Positions 11,258 to 22,524 are shown, counted from the first letter of the stretch. The stretch: DNA of 64,000 nucleotides from Buchnera aphidicola (Chaetogeoica yunlongensis) (GCA_039829965.1 CP139909.1:183962-247961); one strand, 5' to 3'. Notes: a model not told the origin generated them from the letters alone. Numbers and translations are program-made.

Positions 11258-11630
11258 TGGAGCTGGCGGGAATCGAACCCGCGTCCAAAATTTTTACGAC
11301 GTTAGTACTACATGTTTAGTCTATATTTTTTTTTTGTATCTATGAATTTATAGACAAATTATAGATATATATTCTGAAAGTATTATTTAGCAATATAAAT
11401 TTTCAAAATAAATTTATTTTGCGATCTCTTTTAAATTGACCTTCTTATATTTTCAGTTTAAACTTCAAGAGAAAAGTTATAAAAAAGAAGGGCTTTATAC
11501 AGATTATTAGGCTGCTAAAGCGTATTTTTCTTGTTTTGCTACTATTTTTTTATGGCTTTTTAACGAGGCAAACCATTCCTCGACATGCACTGCAGTTTTC
11601 AATAATTCTGTCGAATCCAACATCAGCCCC
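11258..11630 (-). ncRNA. ssrA: tmRNA (SsrA)
   Basis: The minus strand begins GGGGCTGATGTTGGATTCGAC and ends GGTTCGATTCCCGCCAGCTCCA. This gives an acceptor stem with a G-U third pair and discriminator A; the CCA is not encoded. The tag template GCA AAA CAA GAA AAA TAC GCT TTA GCA GCC TAA (11539-11507) encodes AKQEKYALAA, compared with E. coli ANDENYALAA. Confidence 0.95.
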
Positions 11631-11745
11631 TAATTAATTATAAAAATCATTGAATTATACAACATATTTAAATAATTTTCAACTGTTTGTTATATATCAA
11701 ATAATATAATTTTTTAAATGGATAGTAGAGAGGTTATTAATTCAT

Positions 11746-12087
11746 ATGAATGATGTTATAAAAAAGATTAAAAATCAAATTAAAGTGAATCCAATTATAA
11801 TTTATATGAAAGGATCTCCTAATTCTCCTAGTTGTGGATTTTCTTCTCAAGCTATTGAAGCACTTTCTAAATGTGGGAAAAAATTTGCATACGTAGATGT
11901 CCTTGAAAATCCAGATATTAGGCTAGAATTACCTAAATATTCTAATTGGCCTACTTTTCCTCAATTATGGATAAATGAAGAGTTAATTGGTGGGTGTAAT
12001 ATTATTTTAGAATTATTTGAAACAGGAGAATTAAAACGACTTATTACTAACAGTAGCACAGAAAAAAATATTAATAAAAATGAATAA
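11746..12087 (+). CDS. grxD: monothiol glutaredoxin (Grx4 family)
   Basis: 113-aa ORF with the CGFS active site (GSPNSPSCGFSSQA) and WPTFPQLWI. Confidence 0.92.
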   Translation: MNDVIKKIKNQIKVNPIIIYMKGSPNSPSCGFSSQAIEALSKCGKKFAYVDVLENPDIRLELPKYSNWPTFPQLWINEELIGGCNIILELFETGELKRLITNSSTEKNINKNE

Positions 12088-12150
12088 TATATCGGATATT
12101 TATTTATTTTTATAAAATTATAATAAAATTGTGTATGAATGAATTATCAG

Positions 12151-12810
12151 CTAGTCAAGTAATTTAGTATGATTTCTATCATTGGGTGGCCAACCGCCCA
12201 ATGTTTTCCATCGATTTACAATTAAACAAAATAATTCGGCTGTTTTTTGTGTATCATATAAAGCAGAATGCGCTTGATTATTATCAAAAGTTAATCCAAT
12301 TGATTTACAAGCGCGTGCAAGAACGGTTTGACCTAATGCTAATCCACTTAATGTAGCTGTATCAAATATAACAAATGAGTGAAAAGGATTGTTTTTTATT
12401 CCTGTTCGTGTTATAGCAGCAGTTAAAAAATTATAGTCAAAAATGGCATTATGAGCAACTATAATACTTTTTGTACATTTATTTAATTTAATTTCTTTTT
12501 TAATTAAATTAAATATAGAATTAAGAGCTTTATATTCGCTAACTGCACCTCTGAGTGGGCTAAATGGATCTATTCCATGAAATAAAATTGAATTTTTATC
12601 TATTTTAGCTCCTTTAAAAGGTTTAATATGAAAATGTAATAAATGTTCTTTTTCTAGAAATCCTAATTTATTCATTTTAAGTGTCATAATAGCTATTTCT
12701 AATATAGCATCGGTTTTTGGATTAAATCCTGCTGTTTCTATATCCAGTACTACTGGATAAAATGTTCTAAATCTTTTTCTTAAAAAATAATTTGAATTAT
12801 TATATTGCAT
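12151..12810 (-). CDS. rnt: ribonuclease T
   Basis: ..[53 protein letters not shown] matches the E. coli RNase T DEDD motifs. The ATG at 12810 reproduces the E. coli N-terminal length; the track ORF begins at 12822. Confidence 0.9.
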   Translation of the reverse strand: MQYNNSNYFLRKRFRTFYPVVLDIETAGFNPKTDAILEIAIMTLKMNKLGFLEKEHLLHFHIKPFKGAKIDKNSILFHGIDPFSPLRGAVSEYKALNSIFNLIKKEIKLNKCTKSIIVAHNAIFDYNFLTAAITRTGIKNNPFHSFVIFDTATLSGLALGQTVLARACKSIGLTFDNNQAHSALYDTQKTAELFCLIVNRWKTLGGWPPNDRNHTKLLD

Positions 12811-13029
12811 GTAGAGTCTCATTTTTAAAAATTTATTAAAGATGTTTATATTTTTATATAAAATATATTTTAATTTTACTATAAAATTTATAGAATTTAA
12901 ATGGTAATATTGATACTATAGACTTTAATTTATTAAATAAATAAAATTTTATGTTATTAAATTAGAGTTTAGAATTTTATTTATAGGTTGATCTTTGTTT
13001 GTGTAAAAAATAAAAGAGGTGCTTGAAAT

Positions 13030-13647
13030 ATGGTGTATAAATTACCGTCATTAAAATATTCTTATGATGCTTTAGAACCACATTTTGATGAAGAAACAAT
13101 GAGAATTCATCATACTAAACATCATCAAACATATATAAATAATACCAATAATATTCTTATAAATACTTCTTATTGCAATTTATCTATTCAGGAATTAGTT
13201 TCAAATTTAAATATAATGGTTATTGACAATAAATTATCACTACAAAATAATTCCGGAGGACATCTTAACCATACTTTATTTTGGACTGGGTTAAAAACTA
13301 ATTCTATTTTAAATTGTGATTTTGAAGATGTATTAAAGAAAAATTTTGGATCATTTGAGAGTTTTAAAAATGCTTTTGAACAGAAAGCTATGAATCATTT
13401 TGGTTCTGGTTGGATATGGTTAATTAAGCGGGATGATAATACTTTATATATTGCTTCAACTATTAATCAAAATAATCCATTGATGGGAATAAAAATATCA
13501 GGTGTTTCAGGAAAACCTATTTTAGGTTTAGATCTATGGGAACATGCATATTATTTAAAATACAAAAATAATCGTATAGATTATATTAATTCATTTTGGA
13601 ACGTAGTTAATTGGGATGAAATTAGTACTAGATTTTTTGAAAAATAA
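13030..13647 (+). CDS. sodA: superoxide dismutase (Mn type)
   Basis: [46 protein letters not shown] is collinear with E. coli SodA. AGAGGTG lies upstream of the ATG. Confidence 0.95.
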   Translation: MVYKLPSLKYSYDALEPHFDEETMRIHHTKHHQTYINNTNNILINTSYCNLSIQELVSNLNIMVIDNKLSLQNNSGGHLNHTLFWTGLKTNSILNCDFEDVLKKNFGSFESFKNAFEQKAMNHFGSGWIWLIKRDDNTLYIASTINQNNPLMGIKISGVSGKPILGLDLWEHAYYLKYKNNRIDYINSFWNVVNWDEISTRFFEK

Positions 13648-13740
13648 ATTTAACGCTTATAGTTTTAAAATATTTAAAAGTGACAGTGTTATGTTAATAT
13701 ATTTTTGATATAGAATAAATAAATTTATATTTTTTTTAAA

Positions 13741-14364
13741 ATGGAAAAATATTTGAAGAGAGTTAAATTAATAGTTGGTTTAGCTAATCCAATTGAAAAA
13801 TATGATCATACTCGTCATAATATTGGGGCGTGGTTTATTCAAGAATTAGCTTTTAAATATAATAAAAAATTAAAAAAAAATAAAAAATTTTTAGGTTATT
13901 TTTCTAAAATCGATCTCTTGTCTAAAGAGATCTATTTATTGATTCCAAATACGTTTATGAATTTAAGTGGTGTATCAGTATCTTCTATATTAAAATATTA
14001 TAATATAAAATTAAATGAAATATTAGTAGTACATGATGAATTAGATTTAATGCCAGGTGTTTTAAAATTTAAATTAGGATGTTCTCATAATGGACATAAT
14101 GGACTGAGAAATATTATTTCTATATTAGGTAGTAATATAAATTTTTTAAGAGTTAGAATTGGTATTGGTCGACCTAAAAACATATATGAAAAAATTTCAA
14201 ATTTTGTTTTATCTAGACCTACAAAATCTGAATTAATATTAATTAAACAATCGATATATAATTCAATAAATACTTTTTGTTATTTAATAGAAAATGATAA
14301 TAATATTTCTATGAATAGTATTTTAGATATTAATTTGAGACTTGATTTTAATAGAAAACTATAA
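13741..14364 (+). CDS. pth: peptidyl-tRNA hydrolase
   Basis: ..KLIVGLANPIEKYDHTRHNIGAWF..TFMNLSGVSV..VHDELDL..GHNGLRNI matches Pth. It precedes ychF as in E. coli. Confidence 0.92.
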   Translation: MEKYLKRVKLIVGLANPIEKYDHTRHNIGAWFIQELAFKYNKKLKKNKKFLGYFSKIDLLSKEIYLLIPNTFMNLSGVSVSSILKYYNIKLNEILVVHDELDLMPGVLKFKLGCSHNGHNGLRNIISILGSNINFLRVRIGIGRPKNIYEKISNFVLSRPTKSELILIKQSIYNSINTFCYLIENDNNISMNSILDINLRLDFNRKL

Positions 14365-14396
14365 ATGATATTTGTTATAGTAAGGTTAAATATATT

Positions 14397-15491
14397 ATGG
14401 AAGTGAAATTTGGTTTAGTAGGTTTACCTAATGTAGGAAAGTCTACTATTTTTAATGTATTAACTAGATTAAAAATTCCAGCAGAAAATTTTCCCTTTTG
14501 TACTATTAAACCTAATATTGGTAAAGTTCCAATTTTTGATAGTCGTCTTTTTAAACTTTCTAAAATAGTTTTATCAGATAAAGTTATTCCAATTATTATT
14601 GAATTAGTAGATATTGCTGGATTAGTAAAAAATGCACATAAAGGTGAAGGATTAGGTAATCAGTTTTTAGATCATATTAAAGATACTAATGTTATACTTC
14701 ATGTTGTGCGTTGTTTTAAAAATGATAATGTCACTCATATTTATGGAAAGATAGAACCTATACAAGACATTAATGTTATTAATTTAGAGCTTATATTAGC
14801 AGATCTTGAAGTATGTCATAATAGACTTATTAAACTTAAAAAAATAAATTTATTTGATACAAATTCAAAGATTAAAAAAGAAATATTAATGTTAAAGCGT
14901 TTTATTGATCATTTAGAACGAAATAGAAGTTTAAGATCTTTAAATTTAACAACAGAAGATTTTTTTTTAGTAAATCATTTAAGATTAATTACATTAAAAC
15001 CTATGATATATATTTTAAATATGAATAGAGAAAGTATGTTTAATAATATATATGAAAAAGAAACTATTAATTTTATACGAGGTGAATGTAATGCTGCAGT
15101 AGTTAAGATATTTTTAGATGAAATGAATGATATTTTGCAAGATAATTTATTGAATAAAAATACTTTATTTTCTAAGAAAAATATAATCAATGAAAAATTA
15201 AATGAAATTTTTTTGTTAGGATTTCATTCATTAAATTTAGTGACTTTTTTTACAGCAGGCTCTAAAGAAGTTAGAGCTTGGATAACTACTAAAAATTCGT
15301 TTATTTATAAATCTGTAAAATGTATTCATTCTGATTTTAGTAGGGGTTTTATTAGAGCTCAGATAATTTCTTATTGTGATTTTATTAAATATGGTGATAA
15401 ACAATCTAAAAAATTAGGAAAAATGAAAACAGTAGGAAAGAAATATTTTATTTGTGATGGTGATATTGTTTACGTTTTATATAAAGTGTAA
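14397..15491 (+). CDS. ychF: ribosome-binding ATPase YchF
   Basis: 364 aa. It has the P-loop GLVGLPNVGKST and a C-terminal TGS-like domain. The length is nearly the same as E. coli YchF. Confidence 0.93.
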   Translation: MEVKFGLVGLPNVGKSTIFNVLTRLKIPAENFPFCTIKPNIGKVPIFDSRLFKLSKIVLSDKVIPIIIELVDIAGLVKNAHKGEGLGNQFLDHIKDTNVILHVVRCFKNDNVTHIYGKIEPIQDINVINLELILADLEVCHNRLIKLKKINLFDTNSKIKKEILMLKRFIDHLERNRSLRSLNLTTEDFFLVNHLRLITLKPMIYILNMNRESMFNNIYEKETINFIRGECNAAVVKIFLDEMNDILQDNLLNKNTLFSKKNIINEKLNEIFLLGFHSLNLVTFFTAGSKEVRAWITTKNSFIYKSVKCIHSDFSRGFIRAQIISYCDFIKYGDKQSKKLGKMKTVGKKYFICDGDIVYVLYKV

Positions 15492-15530
15492 ATTTTTATA
15501 TGAGTATTATTTTTCGTAATTTTATTTGTA

Positions 15531-15555
15531 TATAGAGAGAAAATCTCTCTCTATA
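15531..15555. terminator. hairpin between convergent ychF and thrC
   Basis: tatagagaga (15531-15540) pairs with tctctctata (15546-15555), a 10-bp perfect stem. A/T runs lie on both sides. Confidence 0.5.
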
Positions 15556-15566
15556 AAATAACTAGA

Positions 15567-16859
15567 TTATTTTGTTAGTAAGAAGTTTCTTAATTTTACA
15601 AAATCTGGATTTATATTGTAGGATAAGAGTGGTAGTTTAATTGGATTACGTAGTTCTGATGGTAACAACAAGTTAATATTTAATATTTTTTCTATAGTGT
15701 TTTTAAATTTTGCAGGATGAGCTGTTCCTAAAAACAATCCAAATTCATTTTTTTTTAATTTATGTTTTAATGTATAATATGCTATTGCTGCATGAGGTTC
15801 TGATATATAACCTAATTGAGCTAATTCCTTTAAACTGTCTTTAGTTAGTTCATCTGATATACTTTTGAATTTTAAATCTTGTAACAACCATTTTTTTCGT
15901 TTAAATAATTCTTCTACTCTTATCCAATTGTTAGGTTGACTAATGTCCATAGCATTGGAAATAGTAGATATGGTAGGATAAGGTTTCCAAACACCTGTTT
16001 TAAGAAAGCGTGGAACTGTATCGTTTAAATTTGTAGATGCAATGAATGATTTTATAGGTAATCCTAATGATTTCGATAATAGTCCAGCTGTTAGATTTCC
16101 AAAATTCCCGCATGGTACAGAGATGATTAAATTATTTTTTTGTTTTTTATTTATTAAGGAAAACGCTTCGAAATAGTAACAAATTTGTGCTAATAGTCGA
16201 CTAATATTAATAGAATTTGCTGAATTTAAACCTATTTCTTTTTTTAATTCGATATCGTTGAATGCTTGTTTAACTAGATTTTGACATTCATCAAAACTTC
16301 CGTTGATTGAAATAGTTGTAATGTTTTCACCTAGAGTACAAAATAATTTTTCTTGTAATTGACTTATTTTTCCTTTTGGATATAAGATAATAACTCTTAC
16401 GTTTTTCATTTTAAAAAAGGCATGTGCTACTGCTGCTCCTGTATCTCCTGATGTAGCTGTTAAAATAGTAATAGTATCATTTTTATCGCAATTTAAAAAA
16501 GATATAATTTGAGCCATAAATCTAGCTCCAAAATCTTTAAAAGCTAAGGTAGGGCCATGAAATAGTTCTAAACAAGCGATATTTTTAGATACAAATACTA
16601 TTTTAGGTGCTGTAAACGAAAATGCATTTTTGACCAGTGTTTGTAATTTATAATAATTAATTTCATTTCCAATCAGCATGGATAGAATTTTACTACTACG
16701 TTTTAAAAAATTCATGTTGAGTAGTTGTGTAAGGTCTTCGTTGTTGAGGATTGGTAATTTTTTAGGGAAAAATAATCCTTGATTTTTACCTAAACCCAAT
16801 TTTACAGCTTGAGAAAAATTAACTATTTCGTTATTGTTTTTAAGATTATATAATTTCAT
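15567..16859 (-). CDS. thrC: threonine synthase
   Basis: 430 aa, collinear with E. coli ThrC (..ELFHGPTLAFKDFG..TSGDTGAA..). Its ATG directly abuts the thrB stop codon. Confidence 0.95.
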   Translation of the reverse strand: MKLYNLKNNNEIVNFSQAVKLGLGKNQGLFFPKKLPILNNEDLTQLLNMNFLKRSSKILSMLIGNEINYYKLQTLVKNAFSFTAPKIVFVSKNIACLELFHGPTLAFKDFGARFMAQIISFLNCDKNDTITILTATSGDTGAAVAHAFFKMKNVRVIILYPKGKISQLQEKLFCTLGENITTISINGSFDECQNLVKQAFNDIELKKEIGLNSANSINISRLLAQICYYFEAFSLINKKQKNNLIISVPCGNFGNLTAGLLSKSLGLPIKSFIASTNLNDTVPRFLKTGVWKPYPTISTISNAMDISQPNNWIRVEELFKRKKWLLQDLKFKSISDELTKDSLKELAQLGYISEPHAAIAYYTLKHKLKKNEFGLFLGTAHPAKFKNTIEKILNINLLLPSELRNPIKLPLLSYNINPDFVKLRNFLLTK

Positions 16860-17792
16860 TTATAGTCCTATAGTACGAGCTCCAATGGTATCTAACTTAC
16901 AAATATGAACGAATCCCTGATCGTTTTGAAGATAATTTTTAGTTAACCATTTAGAAATTTTATTAGAAACGTTTAGATTATCTGAAATTGCAAAAATTGT
17001 AGGTCCTGATCCAGAAATTCCACATGCAATTGCTCCTATATTTTTAATTTTTTGCTTTGTTTCTATAAAATTAGGAAGTAATTTCATTCTGTAAGGTTCA
17101 GCAATGACATCATTTATTAACATTGAAGCAAGACGTGGTTGATTGGTATATATAGCATGAATGAATCCAGCCAAATTTTGGCTATGTTGTATACAGATTT
17201 CTTTGCTGTATTTTAATGGTAATAAATTCCTGGCTTTTTCTGTGGATACTTTTAGACCTGGCCAGGCAATAATCCAAAACCAATCTTTAAAAATTGATAT
17301 ATTTTGACATATTATATTATTTTTTTTTATAATTAATTGTAGTCCTCCTAAATATGCTGGAGCAACATTATCATAATGTGTACTTCCTGAAATTTCTCCT
17401 TCTAATTTCCCCATTAGTTTTAGTAGTTTAATATTATTAATAGGATTATTAAAAAATTTGTTCATAGCAACTATTGTCGCTACAATAGAACAAGCACTCG
17501 ATCCTAAACCTGATCCTATAGGCATGTTTTTTTCAAGAATAATTGAAATAGGAAGAGTTCTTTTTAATATAGAACAAAACAGATTCCAACATTTCCATAC
17601 TATATTTTTATTAACATCAACAGGTAATTGATATGAAAATATACCTTTATTTATTAAATTAAATTTTTTGGCAGTAGTAATAGTTATGAAATCTCCTAAA
17701 TAAGAGCCATCTATTGGTGCAATAGCTGCACCTAGAATATCAAAACCTACTCCTACATTTCCAATGGATGCAGGAGCATAAACTTTTATCAT
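16860..17792 (-). CDS. thrB: homoserine kinase
   Basis: [23 protein letters not shown].. matches the E. coli ThrB N-terminus, and the GHMP motif [10 protein letters not shown] is present. The ATG at 17792 has AAGGA 10 nt upstream. The track ORF start at 17834 would overlap the end of thrA. Confidence 0.93.
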   Translation of the reverse strand: MIKVYAPASIGNVGVGFDILGAAIAPIDGSYLGDFITITTAKKFNLINKGIFSYQLPVDVNKNIVWKCWNLFCSILKRTLPISIILEKNMPIGSGLGSSACSIVATIVAMNKFFNNPINNIKLLKLMGKLEGEISGSTHYDNVAPAYLGGLQLIIKKNNIICQNISIFKDWFWIIAWPGLKVSTEKARNLLPLKYSKEICIQHSQNLAGFIHAIYTNQPRLASMLINDVIAEPYRMKLLPNFIETKQKIKNIGAIACGISGSGPTIFAISDNLNVSNKISKWLTKNYLQNDQGFVHICKLDTIGARTIGL

Positions 17793-17811
17793 TTTTAATT
17801 TTCCTTGTATA

Positions 17812-20265
17812 TTATGATAATATTCGAAGTACATCAGAAAATATACCTGATGCTGTTACGTTGTTTCCAGCTCCGTAACCTCTTAAAATTAGCGGAAGTG
17901 GTTGATAGTATTTACTATAAAATACTAATGCATTTTCTCCATTTTTAACGTTATATAATGGATCATTTTTATGAACTTCATCTAATTTAACTTGACAATT
18001 TCCATCTTTGTTTATTATTCCAATAAATTTTAAATGATTGCCTGATTTTTTTGCTTTTTTAACTTTATTTAAAAATGTTTCATCTAAATCTTTTAGTTTA
18101 ATTATAAAATCATTTACGTTGGATATTTTATAAAGTTCTTTGGGCAATAGAGGTTCAATTTTTATATCTTTTAATTCTAGTTCATATCCTACTTCTCTAG
18201 CTAAGATTAATAGTTTTCGTGCGACATCAATTCCAGATAGATCGTCTTTTGGATGTGGTTCAGTTAATCCTAGAGTTTGCGCTTTTTTTGTGGCTTGAGA
18301 TAATGTGATACCATCTTCTAATTGACCAAAAATAAATGATAATGATCCTGACAAAATTCCTTTAAAATGTATTAACTTATCTCCGGTATTTAGTAGTTGT
18401 TTTAGATTTTCTATTACAGGTAGTCCTGCTCCTACATTGGTATCGTAAAAAAATTTTTTTTTAGATGTTATTAATGCTGATCTTATTTTTTTATAGTAGA
18501 TTAAATTTGAAGTATTAGCTTTTTTATTTGGAGTAACAACGTGAAATCCAGCATTGATAAAGGATACATATTGATTTGCTATATTTTGATTTGATGTACA
18601 ATCTATTATTGTTGGATTAATTAAATAATGATTTTTTATCTTGTTAAGTAAATATTGAAGATTAAATGGATGTTGAATTTTGTTTATATTTTCTTCCCAA
18701 TTTTTTAGATTTAGTCCATTTGGATTTATAATGCAGTTTTTAGAATTTGATATTCCAATAATTTTAAGAAATATATTTTTAGAATGTAGATATTGTGTTT
18801 GTTTTTTTAGTTGTTGTAAAAATGTTTTTCCAATTCCACCTATGCCAATTAAAAATATTTCAATAGTATTTTTATTGCTAAATATTTCTTGATGTATAGC
18901 TCTCATTCCTAAGATGACGTTTTTGTTTTTTATTACTATAGAAATGGAAAGTTTTGATGATCCTTTTGAAATTGCAATGGTGTTTATATTAACTTTTTTA
19001 AGTGATGAAAAAATTTTTTTAGAAATTTCAGTTTCTGATTGTGTATTTGAATTTACAATAGAAATAGTTGCTAATTTATTTATTATTTTTATGGGTTTTA
19101 ATAATTTATTTTTTAATTCGAATTCAAATGTATTGTTTAATACATCTAAAGTTTTTTTAGATTCAGTAGTAAGTATACAAAAACTAATTGAGTTGTTGGC
19201 ACTTGCTTGATTTATTATAATAACCCAAATTTTAGCTAACGATATACAAGAGAAGATTCTTGGAATCACATCTATCATAGTATTTCTATTATAACTAGAA
19301 ATTATAAACATGGTAACATCGTTAAGATAAGTAATACCTTTTATAGAATTACATTCATTATTATAGTTATTATGTACAATTTTAGTTCCAATAGCTGATG
19401 GATTATGTGTATTTTTTATTTTGCATAGAATGTTATATTTTTTTAATGGATATATAGTTCTTGGATGTAAAACTTTAGCTCCAAAATGGGATAGTTCTAT
19501 TGCTTCTTGATAAGATAGAGTTGGCAATAATTTAGCATTAGAAATTATTTTTGGATCACATGTATATATTCCATCTACGTCTGTCCAAATTTCACACGTA
19601 CTATTTTTGAAGCATGTTGATAATATAGCTGCAGAATAATCTGATCCATTTCTTCCTAGTATTACTGTTTCTTGTTTTTTATTTCCAGCTGTGAAACCAG
19701 CCATTAGAATTATATGGTTTTTTGGGATATTCATAGAATGAATTTTGGACTGAGATATCTTTATATCTATGCTAGCATTTAGATAATTATTTCCTTTTGC
19801 TAAAAATTTTTTAACAGGATTAATGATTGTAATATTATGTAATTTTGCTTTTAAAATTACATTAATAATAGCAACAGATAAATATTCTCCTAAACAAATT
19901 ATTTTAGCTTTAATATTATCTGGACATTTTTTTAAAAAATAAATTTCTTGAAATAGATGGTTAAGTTTTAAAAATTTGTTATTAATTATTTCTAGAATTT
20001 TTGTATCAATAATTTTTTTTTCTATTTGTTTAATATCATAAACTAATTTTAAAAAAAAATTTTTGATTTCGTCAATTATAATTGAAATTTTTTTTTTGTC
20101 TTTTCGGTTATCGATGGTGGATACTAATAAATTAGTAATTTTTTCTGGTGCTGATAATACTACAGCAACTTGTTCTGTTTGTGATTTTTTTTCGATAATA
20201 GTTACCACATTGAAAAAATTTTTTGCGTTAGATAATGAAGTTCCGCCAAATTTAAGTATTTTCAT
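17812..20265 (-). CDS. thrA: bifunctional aspartokinase I / homoserine dehydrogenase I
   Basis: 817 aa beginning [11 protein letters not shown] (E. coli: MRVLKFGGTSV). Both kinase and dehydrogenase halves are present. An in-frame A10 tract (T10 at 20088-20097) is present. Confidence 0.96.
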   Translation of the reverse strand: MKILKFGGTSLSNAKNFFNVVTIIEKKSQTEQVAVVLSAPEKITNLLVSTIDNRKDKKKISIIIDEIKNFFLKLVYDIKQIEKKIIDTKILEIINNKFLKLNHLFQEIYFLKKCPDNIKAKIICLGEYLSVAIINVILKAKLHNITIINPVKKFLAKGNNYLNASIDIKISQSKIHSMNIPKNHIILMAGFTAGNKKQETVILGRNGSDYSAAILSTCFKNSTCEIWTDVDGIYTCDPKIISNAKLLPTLSYQEAIELSHFGAKVLHPRTIYPLKKYNILCKIKNTHNPSAIGTKIVHNNYNNECNSIKGITYLNDVTMFIISSYNRNTMIDVIPRIFSCISLAKIWVIIINQASANNSISFCILTTESKKTLDVLNNTFEFELKNKLLKPIKIINKLATISIVNSNTQSETEISKKIFSSLKKVNINTIAISKGSSKLSISIVIKNKNVILGMRAIHQEIFSNKNTIEIFLIGIGGIGKTFLQQLKKQTQYLHSKNIFLKIIGISNSKNCIINPNGLNLKNWEENINKIQHPFNLQYLLNKIKNHYLINPTIIDCTSNQNIANQYVSFINAGFHVVTPNKKANTSNLIYYKKIRSALITSKKKFFYDTNVGAGLPVIENLKQLLNTGDKLIHFKGILSGSLSFIFGQLEDGITLSQATKKAQTLGLTEPHPKDDLSGIDVARKLLILAREVGYELELKDIKIEPLLPKELYKISNVNDFIIKLKDLDETFLNKVKKAKKSGNHLKFIGIINKDGNCQVKLDEVHKNDPLYNVKNGENALVFYSKYYQPLPLILRGYGAGNNVTASGIFSDVLRILS

Positions 20266-20294
20266 ATTTATTTATTCTCTAACATATTTATATT

Positions 20295-20324
20295 AAAAAA
20301 GCTCACACTGATTAAAGTGTAAGC
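20295..20324 (-). promoter_or_regulatory. rho-independent terminator hairpin 29 nt upstream of thrA (thr attenuator-like)
   Basis: The minus strand reads GCTTACACT-ttaatc-AGTGTGAGC-TTTTTT, a 9-bp stem with one G-U pair followed by a T6 run. The position and architecture match the E. coli thr attenuator terminator (GCCCGCAC..GTGCGGGC-T run, about 26 nt before thrA) as I recall it. Confidence 0.6.
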
Positions 20325-20978
20325 ATTAATTCTAATTTAGTTTTTTTTAGATTTTTGTACTATTTTTTTGTGATTATTTTAATAATAAAGATTAATTTAA
20401 ATATAAATTTTAGATTGTATTAATGTAATAAATATTTAAGAGTATGTTTTTATTAATTTTTAATATATTTGTTAATAATAATTATAAATAGAATTTTAAT
20501 ATTATTATGTTTTTTTTTAAAGGAAATAATTATATTTATTTAGAAATTCTGTTATTTAGTATAAGATTAAATGTCGATTTTAAAAATAGTGTAATTTTAT
20601 TTTAAAGAATTGTTAAAAATTATTTTGGTTTTTAATGTTGAGAACATTTTTTAACAATAAAAATTTTATTTAGAAATTAATTTTTTATAACATAAAAAAT
20701 ATATTTTTAATTTTATTGAATTGATTTTAAAAATTTGTTAATTAATTTTATATCTTATAAAATAAATTTTAAAATTATATTTATTATAAATTATTTTATC
20801 AGTCTTTAGAATTGTTAATAAATGTTTTGTAAATGTACTTAAAAATTTTTAATTATAGTTTAATTATACTATTTTTTTTTAATTGAATTGTTTAAATGTT
20901 AATAATATGAACAATTGTTAATGAAATTAGATTATAAAAATAACTGAATTATTAATATTTAAGTGTTATTTATTAGAA

Positions 20979-21003
20979 GTGAAACGGGTAATTTCCCGTT
21001 CAC
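20979..21003 (-). terminator. hairpin just downstream of dksA
   Basis: gtgaaacggg (20979-20988) pairs with cccgttcac (20995-21003), a 9 bp stem with one bulged A. It is GC-containing and starts 26 nt past the dksA stop. The trailing T-run is weak. Confidence 0.45.
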
Positions 21004-21029
21004 TAAAAGTGTATTATTTTTTATATTTT

Positions 21030-21485
21030 TTATCCTTGTGTTTGTTTTTCACGAATTTCGGAAAGTGTTTTACAATCTATACATAAATTAGCTGTTGGTC
21101 TAGCCTCGAGTCTTTTAATTCCTATTTCTATTCCACATGCATCGCAATATCCAAATTCTTTTGTTTCTACTTTATAAAGTGTTTTTTCAATTTTTTCTAT
21201 TAATTTTCTTTCTCTATCTCGATGACGTAATTCGAAGCTAAATTCTTCTTCTTGTACAGCTCTATCTATTGGATCAGGATAATTTGTGGCTTTATCTTGT
21301 ATATTTAGTTGCGTTGTAGAGATATCTGTTTTTAATTGATTTTTCCAAGCAATAAGTATTTTTTTAAAATGATAAATTTGTTTAGGATTCATATATTTTT
21401 CATGTTTTTCATTTTGATAAGGTTGTACTCCTGCTATAAATAATATATTTAATGATGATTGTTTTTTATTATTTTTTTGTTGCAT
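21030..21485 (-). CDS. dksA: RNA polymerase-binding transcription factor DksA
   Basis: ..[86 protein letters not shown] is collinear with E. coli DksA, including the four-Cys zinc finger. The ATG at 21485 matches the E. coli N-terminal length. Confidence 0.95.
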   Translation of the reverse strand: MQQKNNKKQSSLNILFIAGVQPYQNEKHEKYMNPKQIYHFKKILIAWKNQLKTDISTTQLNIQDKATNYPDPIDRAVQEEEFSFELRHRDRERKLIEKIEKTLYKVETKEFGYCDACGIEIGIKRLEARPTANLCIDCKTLSEIREKQTQG

Positions 21486-21726
21486 AAGGTTATATCTCAT
21501 TTTGAAATTATATTAATTTGTTGTTGAGGATTATATAATTTTTTTCGTACTTTCTATTTTTTAGTATTTTTGATAATATAAAAGTATATATTTTTTATAA
21601 ATTTTAACAACTATATTTCATTTTATGTAATTAATACGTAACATGTGATTAAAATTATTTGTTTTTTTTTAATTACATAAAACCATTTTACAATTTTAAC
21701 TGAATTTATTTTTTTATTTAAATCAA

Positions 21727-22524
21727 ATGAAAAAAAAAATTTTTAAAGTAGCTTTAGGTATTGAATATAATGGTAGTGCTTATCATGGATGGCAATATCA
21801 AAGTTTTGCATCAAATATTCAAGAAAAAATAGAATTTGCATTATCTATTATAGCTGATCATCCTATTCGAGTATATTGCGCAGGAAGAACTGATGCAGGT
21901 GTTCATAGTACTGGACAAGTAGTACATTTTTATACTTATGCTATTAGAAGTAATTATTCTTGGGTCATTGGTGTAAATAGCTATTTACCTAATGATATTT
22001 CAGTAATATGGAAACATGATGTGCCTGACGATTTTCATGCACGTTATAGTGCGTTATCTCGTCGATATCGATATGTTATATACAATCATTACTACCGATC
22101 ATCAATTTTTTATCAGGGATTATATTATTTCTATAAAAAATTAAATATTACAAGTATGAATTTGGCAGCAAAATATTTAGTAGGAGAACATGATTTTACT
22201 GCATTTAGATCTAGTAGATGTCAATCTAATACTCCTATTAGAAGAATTTTATATTTAAATATTTTTAGAGTACAACGTAATTTAGTAATAATAGATATTA
22301 TTGCTAATTCTTTTTTACATCATATGGTAAGAAAGATTGTTGGATGTTTATTGGAGGTAGGTACTTCTAGAAAAAAAGATTTTTGGATAAAAGATATTTT
22401 AAAGTCTAAAAATAAAAATTTTTCTATTTTAACAGTCAAACCTAATGGATTATATTTAGTTCAAGTTACATATTCTTCTTTATTTAAATTACCGAATATC
22501 CCTATCGGCCCTTTTTTTATATGA
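21727..22524 (+). CDS. truA: tRNA pseudouridine(38-40) synthase
   Basis: 265 aa. ..GIEYNGSAYHGWQYQ..CAGRTDAGVHSTGQVVHF.. includes the catalytic Asp motif. It ends in TGA at the expected length. An A10 tract (21730-21739) follows the ATG in frame. Confidence 0.93.
   Translation: MKKKIFKVALGIEYNGSAYHGWQYQSFASNIQEKIEFALSIIADHPIRVYCAGRTDAGVHSTGQVVHFYTYAIRSNYSWVIGVNSYLPNDISVIWKHDVPDDFHARYSALSRRYRYVIYNHYYRSSIFYQGLYYFYKKLNITSMNLAAKYLVGEHDFTAFRSSRCQSNTPIRRILYLNIFRVQRNLVIIDIIANSFLHHMVRKIVGCLLEVGTSRKKDFWIKDILKSKNKNFSILTVKPNGLYLVQVTYSSLFKLPNIPIGPFFI

Noticed and set aside
11631-11700. TATAAT hexamers upstream of ssrA (one 6 nt before the mature 5' end), and similar -10-like boxes in other spacers.
   Set aside because: TATAAT-like strings are ubiquitous in such AT-rich spacers, and no convincing -35 partner was found. 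I therefore did not annotate promoters anywhere in the window.
20316-20333. Mini-ORF ATG CTT ACA CTT TAA (MLTL) overlapping the 5' arm of the thrA upstream hairpin, considered as a residual thr leader peptide.
   Set aside because: It has only four codons and one Thr codon, with no SD. That is too short to sense Thr/Ile-tRNA charging and is most likely coincidence.
20460-20925. Recurrent GAATTGTTAA / TGTTAATAA-like motif in the dksA-thrA spacer. Exact gaattgttaa occurs at 20607-20616 and 20809-20818. Variants occur near 20718, 20885 and 20912.
   Set aside because: The motif is short and AT-rich, lies in a very AT-rich spacer, has irregular spacing, and matches no binding-site consensus I know. 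It needs a statistical test against shuffled sequence before it means anything.
22522-22524. Possibility of an altered genetic code (UGA read as Trp), as in some tiny symbiont genomes.
   Set aside because: truA ends in TGA at the length expected from E. coli, and all proteins align full length with standard stops. This is consistent with the standard bacterial code.
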